Made by a program: the position numbers and the translations under genes
Origin: Dimargaris cristalligena
Lineage: Eukaryota
Length of the DNA stretch: 43,143 bases
Assembly (NCBI GenBank): GCA_003614675.1
Contig: ML002313.1
Location: 1-43,143, forward strand
Direction: 5' to 3'
Part shown: positions 11,866-23,882 of the stretch, one piece after another
Position numbering within the stretch: the first letter of the stretch is position 1
Layout: each line of letters begins with the position of its first letter
The notes under the pieces: model-generated
What the model was told of the DNA's origin: nothing
Database searches by the model: none
Seen by the model: the letters and a program-made list of their open reading frames with translations, nothing else

Positions 11866-13149
11866 GGAGGAGGCGCCCGATAATAATATTAAGCGGGGAC
11901 TTTTCGTAAATTAGATAAATGAATGTATAAGTCAGCAGGAATCGGGTGTGGGTGGCCCAAATAGGCTACAATGGCTCTCTCCAACCGGATAAACAATATA
12001 GTGAATAGTGGCCGGACGACGGGGCTGAATCCAGCTTCCCCAAAAATAAAATAAGATATTATTACGAGGTAATGGCGCGGGTATGGGAGGTGGGAGAGGG
12101 GATCGCCCAAGAAATCAATAATAAAATAGACGAACGGGGGAGAGGACCTGGTGAGAAAAGGGGGTCGTTTTATATACATGGGATAGTGGTGTATCTTGTG
12201 GTATTTGGAATAATGATTAGATTATTTCATCCAAAATAGGGGGGCCGCGGCTGTTTTAAACTGACCCCAATACGTGGGAGGACGAGCTGCAGCTGGTCCG
12301 CCAGTCGAATAAACCCGGCCGCCCTTCTAATTGCTAGCCAAGCCAAAGCTTTCCGTTCGCATTCGCTAGTCGCTGTACCGGTTCGCCTTCTGCATAATTG
12401 CTTGTGCCATCTCTCTTTCCATGCATTGTAGGGTGTTGCTAACTATATACCTAGCATTGCTGAAGCCTAGTTTGGCATCCGCCGGGCGCTAGTCATTGCC
12501 ACGGAAAATGTAACTATATTTTCCACCTTCACGGTGTACCTCTGGATATTCTATACGCCTGCTTCCAGCTTGTAATATTAAAGTAGCTCGGCCACCAATG
12601 GAATTTAAAGTGAATACACGCCTATTCTCCACCCTCAATTTCCATAAACTATCTTCCGAATGTACAATGTATACGGGTTGTGCCACAGACTTCGGGACCG
12701 GCGTAAACGAACACTAATCACGCCCCCCCCCAAAGTCTTAAACAACTGTATTCAAGTGACCATCCCTTGACTTCATGTCCGTTGCCCCCCCAGATATTTA
12801 TATACAATGGTGGCACTGTCTTTTCACCCCTTTATTTACAATACCATCCCTTCAGCCGCGTGCGCAATACCGGGAATTCACACAAAACCCCCAACTCACC
12901 CTTAGTATACTCTCCCATTACATTTCCTGCATTCATTAATATTGGCCAAATCCCCGCGTTGACAAGCATAAAGCCTTTATTGGATATTCGAAACTAATAT
13001 ACATTGTAAATCTATAGAATATAATAATCCCAAAGCCAGTATGATACCTCTTGTTTGCTTTTTCTCATCAGGATACCCATTCCAATGTATAATAATGTGG
13101 GAAGGTGTATAAAACCAGCCTCGCAGAGATATATAGATGCCCCTTCCCC

Positions 13150-13175
13150 TACCCTACCCTACCCTACCCTACCCT
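13150..13175. repeat. (TACCC)n pentanucleotide repeat
   Basis: About 5 tandem TACCC units just downstream of the 13243-13623 gene. Confidence 0.8.
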
Positions 13176-13242
13176 CCCCTCCCCTCCACAATAGTCGGTA
13201 ATAAGATGGGGAGCAACTACCTTTAAGGGCCGACTATTTTTT

Positions 13243-13623
13243 TTAAGGCACTGGCTTATACTCACACACAATCTCATGGTAGGCCAACTCGCGCATATCG
13301 CTGTGGGACTCGGGACAATAGGCACATCTCTCCGCATGATACTTAGCATCATGTCGCTGACGCCTATAGCGGGAAAAAAACACCGCCGGACACGACAGAC
13401 AACGGTAACGTGGGTAAATGCCTCGCCGGGTCGATTTCAATTTCCTCGCCTTTGGGGAAACTGGGTGGCCATTAAGCAATGACTGACCACTACCCGGCGA
13501 GCCGACTGGCGGAATATTGCCTAGGAGGCTTTTGGAACTACCGTCGGACACCCGTTTACAAGCGGATACTGCTGCGAATTCCTCCTGATGGACTAGAGGC
13601 AGTGCAAAATCAAGTTGGGCCAT
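13243..13623 (-). CDS. Small zinc-finger protein (C2H2 + C2HC), likely paralog of 11437-11865; 126 aa starting MAQLDF
   Basis: CLSCPAVFFSRYRRQRHDAKYH followed by CAYCPESHSDMRELAYHEIVC; basic KARKLKSTRR stretch before the fingers. A TATATAAAAG box near 13820 implies the ATG at 13623 rather than the ORF-track start. Confidence 0.7.
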   Translation of the reverse strand: MAQLDFALPLVHQEEFAAVSACKRVSDGSSKSLLGNIPPVGSPGSGQSLLNGHPVSPKARKLKSTRRGIYPRYRCLSCPAVFFSRYRRQRHDAKYHAERCAYCPESHSDMRELAYHEIVCEYKPVP

Positions 13624-15726
13624 TTTTAGAACTAAGCAGCTGCAGTAGGCCAAGGTGAGTAGGAAATAGGGTAAAGAGCTATGATAAATGAAAGTCGGCC
13701 AAATAATATAATAGCGGGAAATAGGTAACTGATATATGCAATTCCAAGTAGTATAATCGAATGACAATGATGATGATAAGAATAATTGGCGAGTTACAAG
13801 GTGGCGGGAAGTATACCTTTTATATAAGCCGGGGTGGCACGCATGTGGGAAAGGGGGAACCAACATCTTCACGTTTCACTGGAACTGTGCACATTGGTGG
13901 CGGGGTTGTGCTGCGGGGATTGCCCTTGTGAGATATCGGGATTGTCCAATGTAGCCCCACCCCATCCTTCTTGGGCCATAGAACAATAGCAATGGGTCAT
14001 TGACTCCCGTATTTTTAAAACCTCATGACCGTGAATTTCCACTACTCCTTCTTCCTTTGGTTTCATCCCTAGCAGCACCTTCTGACTGTATCGTCTGGCC
14101 TTGTTTACGAAGACACTGCAATGTATGAATCCCCCCTCCCTTCCTCTATCACCTATAAACGGACGTGGCCATTGGATAATAGAACATTAAAAATGCTCTG
14201 ATTATTGATTTCAAGATTATACTCTTAGGGGCGCTGCAATAACAGGGTCCGATACTTCACATGGGCTATCCCTGACGGGGTTATCCGCGATGAACGCAAT
14301 CTATCTATCTGCCACCGCCATCACCACCTATCTCTTTGATATAACTTCAAATTCGGGGTACCTTCAGGCCTTCCATTACTTCCTTGCAACCGGGACTGCC
14401 TATTGTTCGCTGTTGTCCCCATGCACCCCATCCCAGGCTATAGGCCCTTACAGAATCACACCTAACTTGTCAACTATATCTGCATCGGGACTGGCTTAAT
14501 ACCATATAGTAACTTCTCACCTGACTAACTTAGGGATATACGCATCTTTGCAGCGCTACACTGGGCTATTCGATAAGCCGACTATATATATCGGAGTTAT
14601 AGCCTGCCGCGACATTATTTACCCTTGGCTATGATTGAATTGTTTATCATTATCAGGGTTTGGCCAGGCCGGACTGGATTAGCCAAATCTGGCCATCAAC
14701 ATGGTCAATAAGGGACTTTGGTTAGTATCTACAGTAACGCAGTTCACCTTTCCTATCCCCATGTTCCCCACCATAACCGGTGGGTGGGAATCAATGACAT
14801 GTCTAAAGGTCTGCCTACTAATCAATGCCCGCCTATCCACAATAACAATGTTTTGGCACAGTAGTCCGAATTTCCACCACTATCGAGTGAAACACCTGCA
14901 ATATTCACATACATTTGTTCACGCTAACCGAACAAGGGCAGGTAATTTTTTGACCCTAAGATTTGGTAGGAGACAATTCAATGGTGCATAGCATGTCCCT
15001 TAAAGCATCCATAATTCCATTTATCCCTTTCCAAGTCCTCATATGGTAACCAATGTCAGCCGCAAACCTTCCATTTACACTTCAAAGGCCACCCGATGCG
15101 ACCTATGTTTCAGGATTAGCCATGCCTTAAATTCCTGGTGGTCAATTCCTCTGTTTGTATCCTACCAACTTTAAAAAACCCGCCTGCATATAACCGACCC
15201 GCGATTAATTGTGTTGCCCCGAATTACACAATAGCCGCCTTACTCCTCGCATTTCCCATATCTGAGTCATGTATCCCGCTTGCCTAACCTTACGCTATGC
15301 CCTGCGGTGCTTCCACATACTCCTGCTCCTAGCGAAGTTTCTGGTTGAATAAATAAACTAGGATGGAACCAAGCCAGCAAAAAAAATAAATCGAAAAAGT
15401 AATCAGGTGGGGTAGGGCTTCCCTATTCCTAAAGCAATCGTCCTGGCTAGTATGCCATTGGCACTTTTATTATGAATCTCATACAACTGTCTAGAACTCC
15501 TGAAGGGTGCTATTGTCCGACATTCAAAGATCAAGTAAAATAGTATAAAGGGTTGATTCACGAGGTATACTCATAGATATGGGTAGTTAATTTATTAAGT
15601 TTAAGTAATTTACAAATTGGCGATTTTCAGTGGAATTCATGTTTCGATTATTCGTATCGAATGGCTGAATACTTTTGGGCCAATGTGGATTCATGTTGGA
15701 GAGGAAAAGGTGTCCCTGCTTGTCAT

Positions 15727-17920
15727 TTATGGATTGGAGTATAGTTTAGTGATCGCGTTGGATGTAGCAGGAACCAAAGTGACTGGGCAGTGCCCGTACT
15801 GTTCGACATAGTTGTGTAAACATGGGTAGCAACAGGCGTAACCCGAATCGGGGATAATCGCGGGATTGGTCCGTACGTTATGACAGATGGGGCACTGGCG
15901 GGGGTCATCCGGTAACGGAGTTCCTTTTGAACTCGGCTAAAATGGCGGGCAAAAGAGTAAAAGAGAACCCCAGGCATTGCATACAAAATGAATTAAGGCT
16001 GTTGTTAGTTTCGGGGCATGAGAGGCCTTATAATAATAGGCAAAATTTTGGCGCAATTAAGGTATTATACAAGGAGGAGGTCGTCCCCCTCCCAAATAAT
16101 AATAATCATCAATTGGATATTATTCTAATTATTGATTGATTTACCTTGAGTGATTTGGGTGGTAGCGGAACCGGGATACTCAGCGAGGATTTGTAAAAAT
16201 CGGAGGTATACCACCACTCCAAAAACCGGAAGAAAAAGACCGACATGGGCAGGACCACATTAAGTAGATCCAACGGAATTTCCGAAATGTGGGACGCTAA
16301 TAAGCGAAGTCGTTGGGCGGTGCTCAAGCCGGGCTGTTGGAAGATATCCATGATTCCTGGGGCATCGGTTTGGGTATCCATCTATGGACGGGGGAATAAA
16401 TAGATGGTATGCGCAAGGCGTAAGCAAATGAGGTGCGTATGATAGTGAAGTAGGGATTGGTTTCTATCGGGTTGTTTCCGAGATAAATAATCAAGGTCAA
16501 TCAATTTGTAAAAAAAAAAGGGGGGCATTCGGGTGGCAACTTACATAGTCGGCCATGGTCATACGCTGTACCTCGATACCCATGTATTGCAGCCACGGGG
16601 AGTAATAGCGGGTTTTTCCCAATAGGTAGGCGAGGTTGTAGCCAAGGGGAAGTAGATGGAAGACTGCGTGGACGTAGGGATAGATCATGACGAATAACCG
16701 TTTAATCCATGTCCGAAGTCGTTCCTTGAGGGGCTGGCGACCGCGAAAAAATAAAAAAGCAATGATCAAGACCCGCAATTATTTTATAGCGGCAGGTTAG
16801 CTCTAGGCGGACAAGGCATATTGGGTCAAGGAGGGTAAGTATAAAGGGGGCCAGAGTTGGTGTGGTGTACAATAGTAAGAAATTGACGAATAGTAACTTA
16901 CAATAGCGGAGGGAAGTCGACTGGGATCGGTATCATCGACGGTCTGCCACTGGTCCCCGAATAAGAGGGCTACTGCACCGCCACTGTGCTTTTCGTAGAG
17001 TAGATCAAGCTTGCCCTTGAGGTAAGGAACGACCACCTAATAGTAATAATCAAGGAATGCAGGTGAGGCGGATAAGGTTAACGGAGTAGCTATTAATCCG
17101 TGGTATGCAATATCATAATCGATTAAGTGGAGATTCGCCAGACGAAAGTAAGTATGGGGCTTCTCCGATGACTTACTAGAAAACATAGCGATCGGGTAAT
17201 GTCCCGGGAGTTCAATTTAGAGCTGGAACGGAGGGGATCGGTGCTGACCCGCTTAAGGCCATAGATGTTCTCGGCAAAGGAGCTGCCTAGAAATGGTATA
17301 GTTACGGGGGTGTAGCATCATAATGTACTCAGTCTATATTCATGACCACAAAACATGGCGTGGGGTCAAATTCACAAGGGACTAATAAAAACACTCTCGA
17401 AGTAGACTAAACTACCTACCATAGCGGCGCAAATAGTGCCGGTCAACCAGCAGCATCAATAGGGCGTACAGTTCGTCCTGGCGGTTGACCAGGCGTAGGA
17501 GATAGCGCGGATACCGCTGGGCGTATGTCTAGTAAGGAGAGGGAGTTTCAGTATAAATGTCGCGGATGTGATAATGAGTACCAGTGAGTTTAGTCTCGGG
17601 GGTGTATATCACACCCACTCCTAACACGCAAATGAGATAGCACCCGTAGGCACTTCCTAAGGCATTCCAGTGGACATGCGCCGCACGGACCAATCAGTCA
17701 AGCGGGAAATGACTATTGGGAGGGGAATGCGGCGAGGAGGACAACCCCAAGGTCAATAATGTCTCTGACCATAGACCGGGGGAAGGGTTAGTGCACGTAC
17801 CGCCAACACGTAGGATAAGGCGGGTTTGAATAAGCCGCTGAGTTTGTCCTGGGCAAACAATTCGAAGAGGGACGGCTGGGCAGCGGCCTCTGAGCCCGTT
17901 AGGTCACTCATAAACTCCAT
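15727..17920 (-). CDS. PEX12: Peroxin 12, RING peroxin; 7 exons: 17920-17801, 17528-17420, 17286-17177, 17036-16902, 16733-16545, 16381-16145, 15936-15727
   Basis: Spliced translation by hand gives MEFMSDL...[12 protein letters not shown]...[15 protein letters not shown]...[19 protein letters not shown]...[11 protein letters not shown]...[10 protein letters not shown]...[12 protein letters not shown]...SGYACCYPC...HCPVT. All junctions are GT-AG and in phase. Confidence 0.95.
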
Positions 17921-18769
17921 GGCGCGGCTATTTCTCGGGGGCTGGGTTCGGTAGCCGGGGACAATGGATGGTGTATAGAGGAGGGAGGAGACGGACCCGT
18001 GAAATGCAATGGGAGAGTGGAAACGAGGAAATGGGGGGCAATGCAAGGGAACTTGAATATAGTTTTGGGTTGGGAAGTTGCTGGCTAGGGAAACTACTAC
18101 TAGTCAGGAAGCCGCTTGGGAGGGCTTTTGTCTTGGTAAGCTTGTGACTGGGATTATAGAATAATCTACCCAAAGACATATCATCCCACAACCCAATGAG
18201 ACCGGGGGGGGGTAATAGTGGAGGAAACATTGTCACGTGACCAATTGATAGACCTGTTATAGAGGCTTGGATTATGGGGCCTGTCCTGTTATTTCGCGCA
18301 GCGCTTAATGCACACGATACCTTATTAAAAACTTTTTGGACAATTTTCCAAGAAAGGTCGGGTTTTTTTTCACCTGTAGAACGATGATTGATAGATACAG
18401 GTAGGAGAGAGAAAGTTGGTTGGCGGTGGGTGTGCTGTTTTATTAGGCGGGCGCGGGGAGAAGAGAGCAAGCTCCATACTGCTAAGCTACACGCCTATTC
18501 AAGCTCATTAATGCTATGAGGCCCCTCGGGAAGAAGAAAAAAAAAGCGGAAAACAGTCGCTACCAATAATTAGAGAATAGCCTCTTCCCCTTCTATGGTG
18601 GTAGCTCGCTATCCTCACTGCTGGCCTCTTGACTTATTATTTTCCTACTAAAACTAGGCTGATTTATATACACGCATATACGCATACACGCACACTACGC
18701 GCCCTTGCTAAATATATCTCTTCGTCCTCCTTTGACTTCACTTCATAATACATACATATCCTTGTCACC

Positions 18770-20194
18770 ATGGTTGCCAGTCTCAGTCAGCAACAGCAGC
18801 AGGGCGACTTCGCTATTAAGCCCGAGAGCAAGACCGTCGCCCTCGATGCCTCCGAGTGGCCCCTGCTGCTCAAGGATTTCGACAAGCTGAATATCCGCTC
18901 CAACCACTACACCCCGATCCCCAATGGCTGCTCCCCGCTCCGTCGCGATCTGGCCACCTACGTCAAGTACGGTGTTATCAACCTGGACAAGCCCTCCAAC
19001 CCTTCGTCCCACGAAGTCGTCGCCTGGATCCGCCGCATTCTCAAGTGCGAGAAGACCGGCCACAGCGGTACCCTCGACCCCAAGGTGACCGGTTGTCTGA
19101 TCGTCTGTATCGACCGTGCCACCCGTCTGGTCAAGTCCCAGCAGGGCGCCGGTAAGGAGTACGTGGCCGTGCTCCGGCTGCACGATACCCTCGACTCCGA
19201 GAAAACTCTGTTGAACGCTATCCAGACCCTGTCCGGTGCCGTGTTCCAGCGCCCCCCGCTGATTTCCGCCGTCAAGCGTCAGCTGCGTATCCGTACCATC
19301 TACGAATCCAAGATGCTCGAGTTCGACAATGACCGTCACCTCGCCGTCTTCTGGGTCAAGTGCGAAGCCGGTACCTACATCCGGACCCTGTGCGTCCATT
19401 TGGGTCTGCTCGTCGGTGCGGGTGGTCACATGCAGGAACTCCGGCGGGTGCGCTCCGGAGCCACCTCCGAGAACGACGATATCGTCACCATGCACGATGT
19501 GCTGGACGCCCAGTGGACTTTCGAGAACACCAAGGACGAGTCGTACTTGCGTCGCGTGATCCGGCCCCTCGAGTCCCTCCTGGTCCACTACAAGCGTATC
19601 GTGGTCAAGGACAGCGCCGTCAACGCCATCTGCTACGGCGCCAAGATGATGATCCCCGGTCTGCTCCGTTTCTCGCCCGGTATCGAAGTCAACGACGAAG
19701 TCGTCCTCATTTCCACCAAGGGTGAGGCCATCGCTTTGGCTATTGCCCAGATGACCACCTCCGTCATGGCCACCTGCGACCACGGGGTTGTGGCCAAGAT
19801 CAAGCGGGTGATCATGGAGCGTGACACCTACCCCCGTCGCTGGGGTTTGGGCCCCCAGGCCTCCAAGAAGAAGCAGATGGTCAAGGACGGCAAGCTCGAT
19901 AAATACGGCAAGCCCAACGAAAACACCCCCGCTTCTTGGAACAAGGAGTACAAGGATTTCACCGCTGCGCCTGAGACCGAAGAGACCTCCCCTGCTGCGG
20001 CGATCCCCACTCCCTCCACCTCCGCCTCCAACCCTAAGCGCAAGGCCTTCGAGTCCGATTCCGAGAGCGAAGCCGCTTCCGTGGAGGCCACGCCATCCAA
20101 GAGCGAGGCCAAGGCCAAGAAGGAGAAGAAGGAAAAGAAGGACAAGAAAGAAAAGAAGGAGAAGAAGGAGAAGAAGAAGCAGAAGTCCGATTAA
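18770..20194 (+). CDS. CBF5: H/ACA snoRNP pseudouridine synthase Cbf5/dyskerin
   Basis: [19 protein letters not shown], catalytic [16 protein letters not shown] domain, [17 protein letters not shown], and KKE-repeat tail. Confidence 0.99.
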   Translation: MVASLSQQQQQGDFAIKPESKTVALDASEWPLLLKDFDKLNIRSNHYTPIPNGCSPLRRDLATYVKYGVINLDKPSNPSSHEVVAWIRRILKCEKTGHSGTLDPKVTGCLIVCIDRATRLVKSQQGAGKEYVAVLRLHDTLDSEKTLLNAIQTLSGAVFQRPPLISAVKRQLRIRTIYESKMLEFDNDRHLAVFWVKCEAGTYIRTLCVHLGLLVGAGGHMQELRRVRSGATSENDDIVTMHDVLDAQWTFENTKDESYLRRVIRPLESLLVHYKRIVVKDSAVNAICYGAKMMIPGLLRFSPGIEVNDEVVLISTKGEAIALAIAQMTTSVMATCDHGVVAKIKRVIMERDTYPRRWGLGPQASKKKQMVKDGKLDKYGKPNENTPASWNKEYKDFTAAPETEETSPAAAIPTPSTSASNPKRKAFESDSESEAASVEATPSKSEAKAKKEKKEKKDKKEKKEKKEKKKQKSD

Positions 20195-21265
20195 GAGATT
20201 CACTGGCGGTGCAATGTTCCGAGTCCCTTTTTGTAGGGTGCGAGAGAGAGAGAGAGAGGGTGGGGTTGCTTTAAATCATTCGTAGTAGTTTTACCTCCTC
20301 TTTTTGTACCCGCTAATTGCCCTCATATGTCACATCCCCATGTCTATATACCACCACCATTTTAATCTAGTGTAGTGTTACGTCTTTTGCGCGCTCGTTT
20401 GATTCTTTTGACTAGGCGTTCGCTTCGGTCGCCACACCGAATTGTTGCTGCTGCTCTCTCTTTTTTAAAAGATACCCCTTTCTATATATAATCCCCATCA
20501 ACGATAGGGGTTATTGAGTCTCTTCTCCCTTCCACCTAGTTTAGCTGAGCCCCTGATTTCTATAATTTCAGTGGACTAAACGCATCCATCATTTATTATT
20601 TCTATTACTAAAATTTATACAGATGTTTCCACGTGCTGTAAAGCAATCCACTTTTATGAAATGCGTGAAATTCGCCCTGGCCCTCAGGAAGGTGGAGGGG
20701 GTGCTGCTGCTTAATTGGGCTATTTGCGACTAGATCTAGACTATATATTCGTGGCTCCGCAATCCAGATAATTGGATTCAAATGATTCGAAATGGCTATA
20801 GTTCATAGTCTAGGCAACTTGGGAGATGGCTCTAAATATGCGCTTCTGTTTAATCAGCTCCTCCATTTTAAACCCCATGAATTCGATATCTGGTGTGTGC
20901 GGGAGACTATGTTTTTTGCAGCGGGAATACTAAACCATCCTACAAATTTAGCATGTCGCGCCTCCATTTATCAAAAAAGGCGGAAGCAGAGGAAATAGTA
21001 TAGTAGTGCCCAAAACTACTAACAGGCCAACCTCCTTTTAAATGGCTGCCGCTAAGCTTTGCCAACTCCCCACATACCACACCTACCTTAGTTGCATTCC
21101 AAATCCTCTTTTTGACACCTTCCTGCCCTACCCTGCCCTGTACTGTTATTTACTATCCCTCCATTCCAGGTTCCATCAGATCAACTTTGCATTCTTTTTC
21201 TCTCCAGCATTTGACGTGGCTATTACGTCCCCTCTGTTTATTTACATCCACTAGTCCAGTGCACC

Positions 21266-22023
21266 ATGTCGTCCAACAAAGCCCAGAAGATTATGATCCC
21301 GCCGATCAACATGATCTTTCGGCATCTCCAAAACAAAACAAAGGTTCAGATTTGGCTGTTCGAACAAGTAAATACCCGCATCGAGGGTCAGATTATTGTA
21401 AGTGCATCGACCACACTATATAGTACTAAAAAGCGTCTTCACTCCCCTCCGCCCTAAGTCCGCAAGACATGTCCATTACTTTTCTATCCTCAGAGTGCAA
21501 CTAAGCTTACATTGTTTCCCTTCCCAAACTGGTTGTTTGTAAAACGTGGCAATCGACCTACTATACGCATTCGCGGTGCTAACCTAGTTTATTACAATAT
21601 ACATTTCCTTAATTTCATCCATGTCGCGTTCCCTCCACCTATCTCCATCGACTTCTATGGAATAACGCACGCGCCTCCCATCATTTCGGCCATTCACCAA
21701 CTGTGTGACCAATAGGGTTTCGACGAGTTCATGAACCTTGTTGTCGATAATGCCGAAGAAGTCCACATGAAGAAAGCCACTCGCAAAACTCTAGGTAAGT
21801 GCAATGCTTCGCGCTAAATTTATTTGACTAGACTGGACATTCCCGTATCTACTACCCCGATAAACTAACTATTATTAATGAAAGGATTGGATACTCCCTT
21901 ATGCATCTATGGACATTGCTAACCTTCCGCTCTTGGTACACCTATGGTATCCTTCTATTCTCCCCGAATTTAGGCCGTATTCTTCTGAAGGGCGACAATG
22001 TTACACTAGTACAGGCCGCTTGA
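21266..22023 (+). CDS. SME1: Small nuclear ribonucleoprotein E (SmE); exons 21266-21397, 21716-21794, 21974-22023; 86 aa
   Basis: [22 protein letters not shown]...[31 protein letters not shown]...[14 protein letters not shown]. Donors are GTAAGT, acceptors TAG, with CTAAC branch-like sites in both introns. Confidence 0.97.
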
Positions 22024-23123
22024 TACCATTTCACTTTCTTTTATCCGGCCAGCTCGAGTCCGAAGATGTAATTTTGTGATTCAAAATAAATGACACGTTG
22101 ATCTGTATTTATGCTGCCCTAGAGTAGGCGCCTGTGGACTCCGGTGAAGGAATATTACCACCTTGATCCCTCTGTAGATTCTCCAAAGTGTAGCTGCCCA
22201 TAGTATAGACATAGTCTGCGCACCGGAATTTCCGAAAATCATATACCATATAAAAAAGAGTACATTGAATAGGAAGCCAAATGGGCTAACCTTGAAATGT
22301 AACAGTGATAACCTAGGAATGTCAAAAATCGGGTTAGCATAGTTTTGACTTCGGATACATGTAAATTTTCCGTATAGAGAAAAGGGCCGCATATGGGGCA
22401 ATCTATTCTAACTATTACCGATTGCGGGATCGCCTGCCTCGGTTAGACAGTGTTTTCGTCTACCAAATACCTTGAATCATTGCCTCTTATCCACATGGTT
22501 CATGGTACCCGCTCATCACACGCTGTCTGGTAATAACGACTTCGGCGCTGCCACCCTACCACACCCCACAACAGTACAGGCTCGCCTTATGGAGATATCT
22601 GCCGCTATTGGAGTACCCATCATATAGACTGATCCTTAACAGGTTGGCTCAGTTTCCGGCCTTGCAATGCCAATCTAGCGTCACTAACCACCAATGCGCA
22701 AGAGTTGCTAACATTTAGAATGAGGCACTTGGGAGTAGCTAGTACAAGCCTCAGAGGAGACGAACTGTTCAGAGTCAGCAGGACAATCCCTTGTCTCTAT
22801 CGATGAGAACACTCCGCCCAGCTCCCTCACCCCGACCGCCTCCACTAAGCAAGCAGCGAACTGTATCCATTTCGACCAAATGACAGAAAGATGAAGGGTA
22901 TATATAAATGTATTAATTTCTCATGTACTCCAAAGGTCCCTTTGTTTTAATAAAATACTCATTATAATCTTTGGACGTTTGAACTAACTACATTTATCTA
23001 GTTTGTCACTTATTTAACCCCCTTTGGCACCATGATTACTAGTCCCCACTTGGCATCACTTTACCAACCACATAGATGCTAGCCATGTAATTTTAAATAA
23101 TTCGCCCGAGTAAATGGGCGGGT

Positions 23124-23882
23124 TCATTTAGGGCAACCATAGGAAGAACCGCCGCATATCTTCCTGATGTGCCGAATTAATGAATGACGACCGGTGAATC
23201 TAATTTGGCAGTTGGGACATCTGATGGGCTGATGGACGTTATCGTAATGTTTTTGCAGGACCTGGGAATTGGTACAGAACCTATCGCACTTGGTACAGCG
23301 ATAGGACGTCGAAATTTTATGACTTGGGTCGTGGGGGGCATTATTACCATTGTCGTCGTCGTCGTTGGTACCAGCCGGTAGCCATTTTTTACAATTCCGG
23401 CAATAGTGTCTAACCGCGCTTCTGTTCGATCGGTTTGGGGGAGAGGGCTTGTCCTGAGAGCCAACTCCACTTCCACCTCCACTTGGTACAATACCACCGC
23501 CGGTCACGGTCCGCGCTTCGTTCTCGTTGCTGTATTTGCCGTGGTAATTACCATTGCCAATAATAGTACGATCAACTCCGTCCCAGGGATAACTTGGCCC
23601 ACTGGTTCTGCTACCGTCCCGCCATGCCAAAGTGGAGCCCGCCAAGGTATACACTCCATCCGTGCCGGTGATATCTGGGCGAGTGTGATGGGGGTACGGC
23701 GCCCTTCGAGTTCGGACTGGCGAGTCGCTAGGTGTATCAATATCATTCACAATGAAATCGAGCGATATGGCTTTGTCTTCTGTTGAAGACGCCGGGGTGA
23801 ATTCGAGAGCCGGCCTACCCATTAGCCCTGGTAAACAACCCAGCAGGGCGATTCCAATCACCCAATCTATTAATATATACAT
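23124..23882 (-). CDS. Signal-peptide-bearing zinc-finger protein, copy 1 (C-terminally truncated)
   Basis: Hydrophobic N-terminus MYILIDWVIGIALLGCLPGLMG-RP; KAISLDFIVN motif; fingers CTKC..HYDNVH and CPNC..HIRKIC. The stop falls inside a third finger (CPK*). Confidence 0.75.
   Translation of the reverse strand: MYILIDWVIGIALLGCLPGLMGRPALEFTPASSTEDKAISLDFIVNDIDTPSDSPVRTRRAPYPHHTRPDITGTDGVYTLAGSTLAWRDGSRTSGPSYPWDGVDRTIIGNGNYHGKYSNENEARTVTGGGIVPSGGGSGVGSQDKPSPPNRSNRSAVRHYCRNCKKWLPAGTNDDDDNGNNAPHDPSHKISTSYRCTKCDRFCTNSQVLQKHYDNVHQPIRCPNCQIRFTGRHSLIRHIRKICGGSSYGCPK

Noticed and set aside
15723..15986. 87-aa ORF-track protein at the PEX12 3' end
   Set aside because: Wrong frame; the RING-encoding exon is 15936-15727 in another frame.
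18743..20203. 486-aa antisense ORF over CBF5
   Set aside because: Mirror of a strongly codon-biased gene; the poly-Leu/Phe start is just the reverse complement of the KKE tail.
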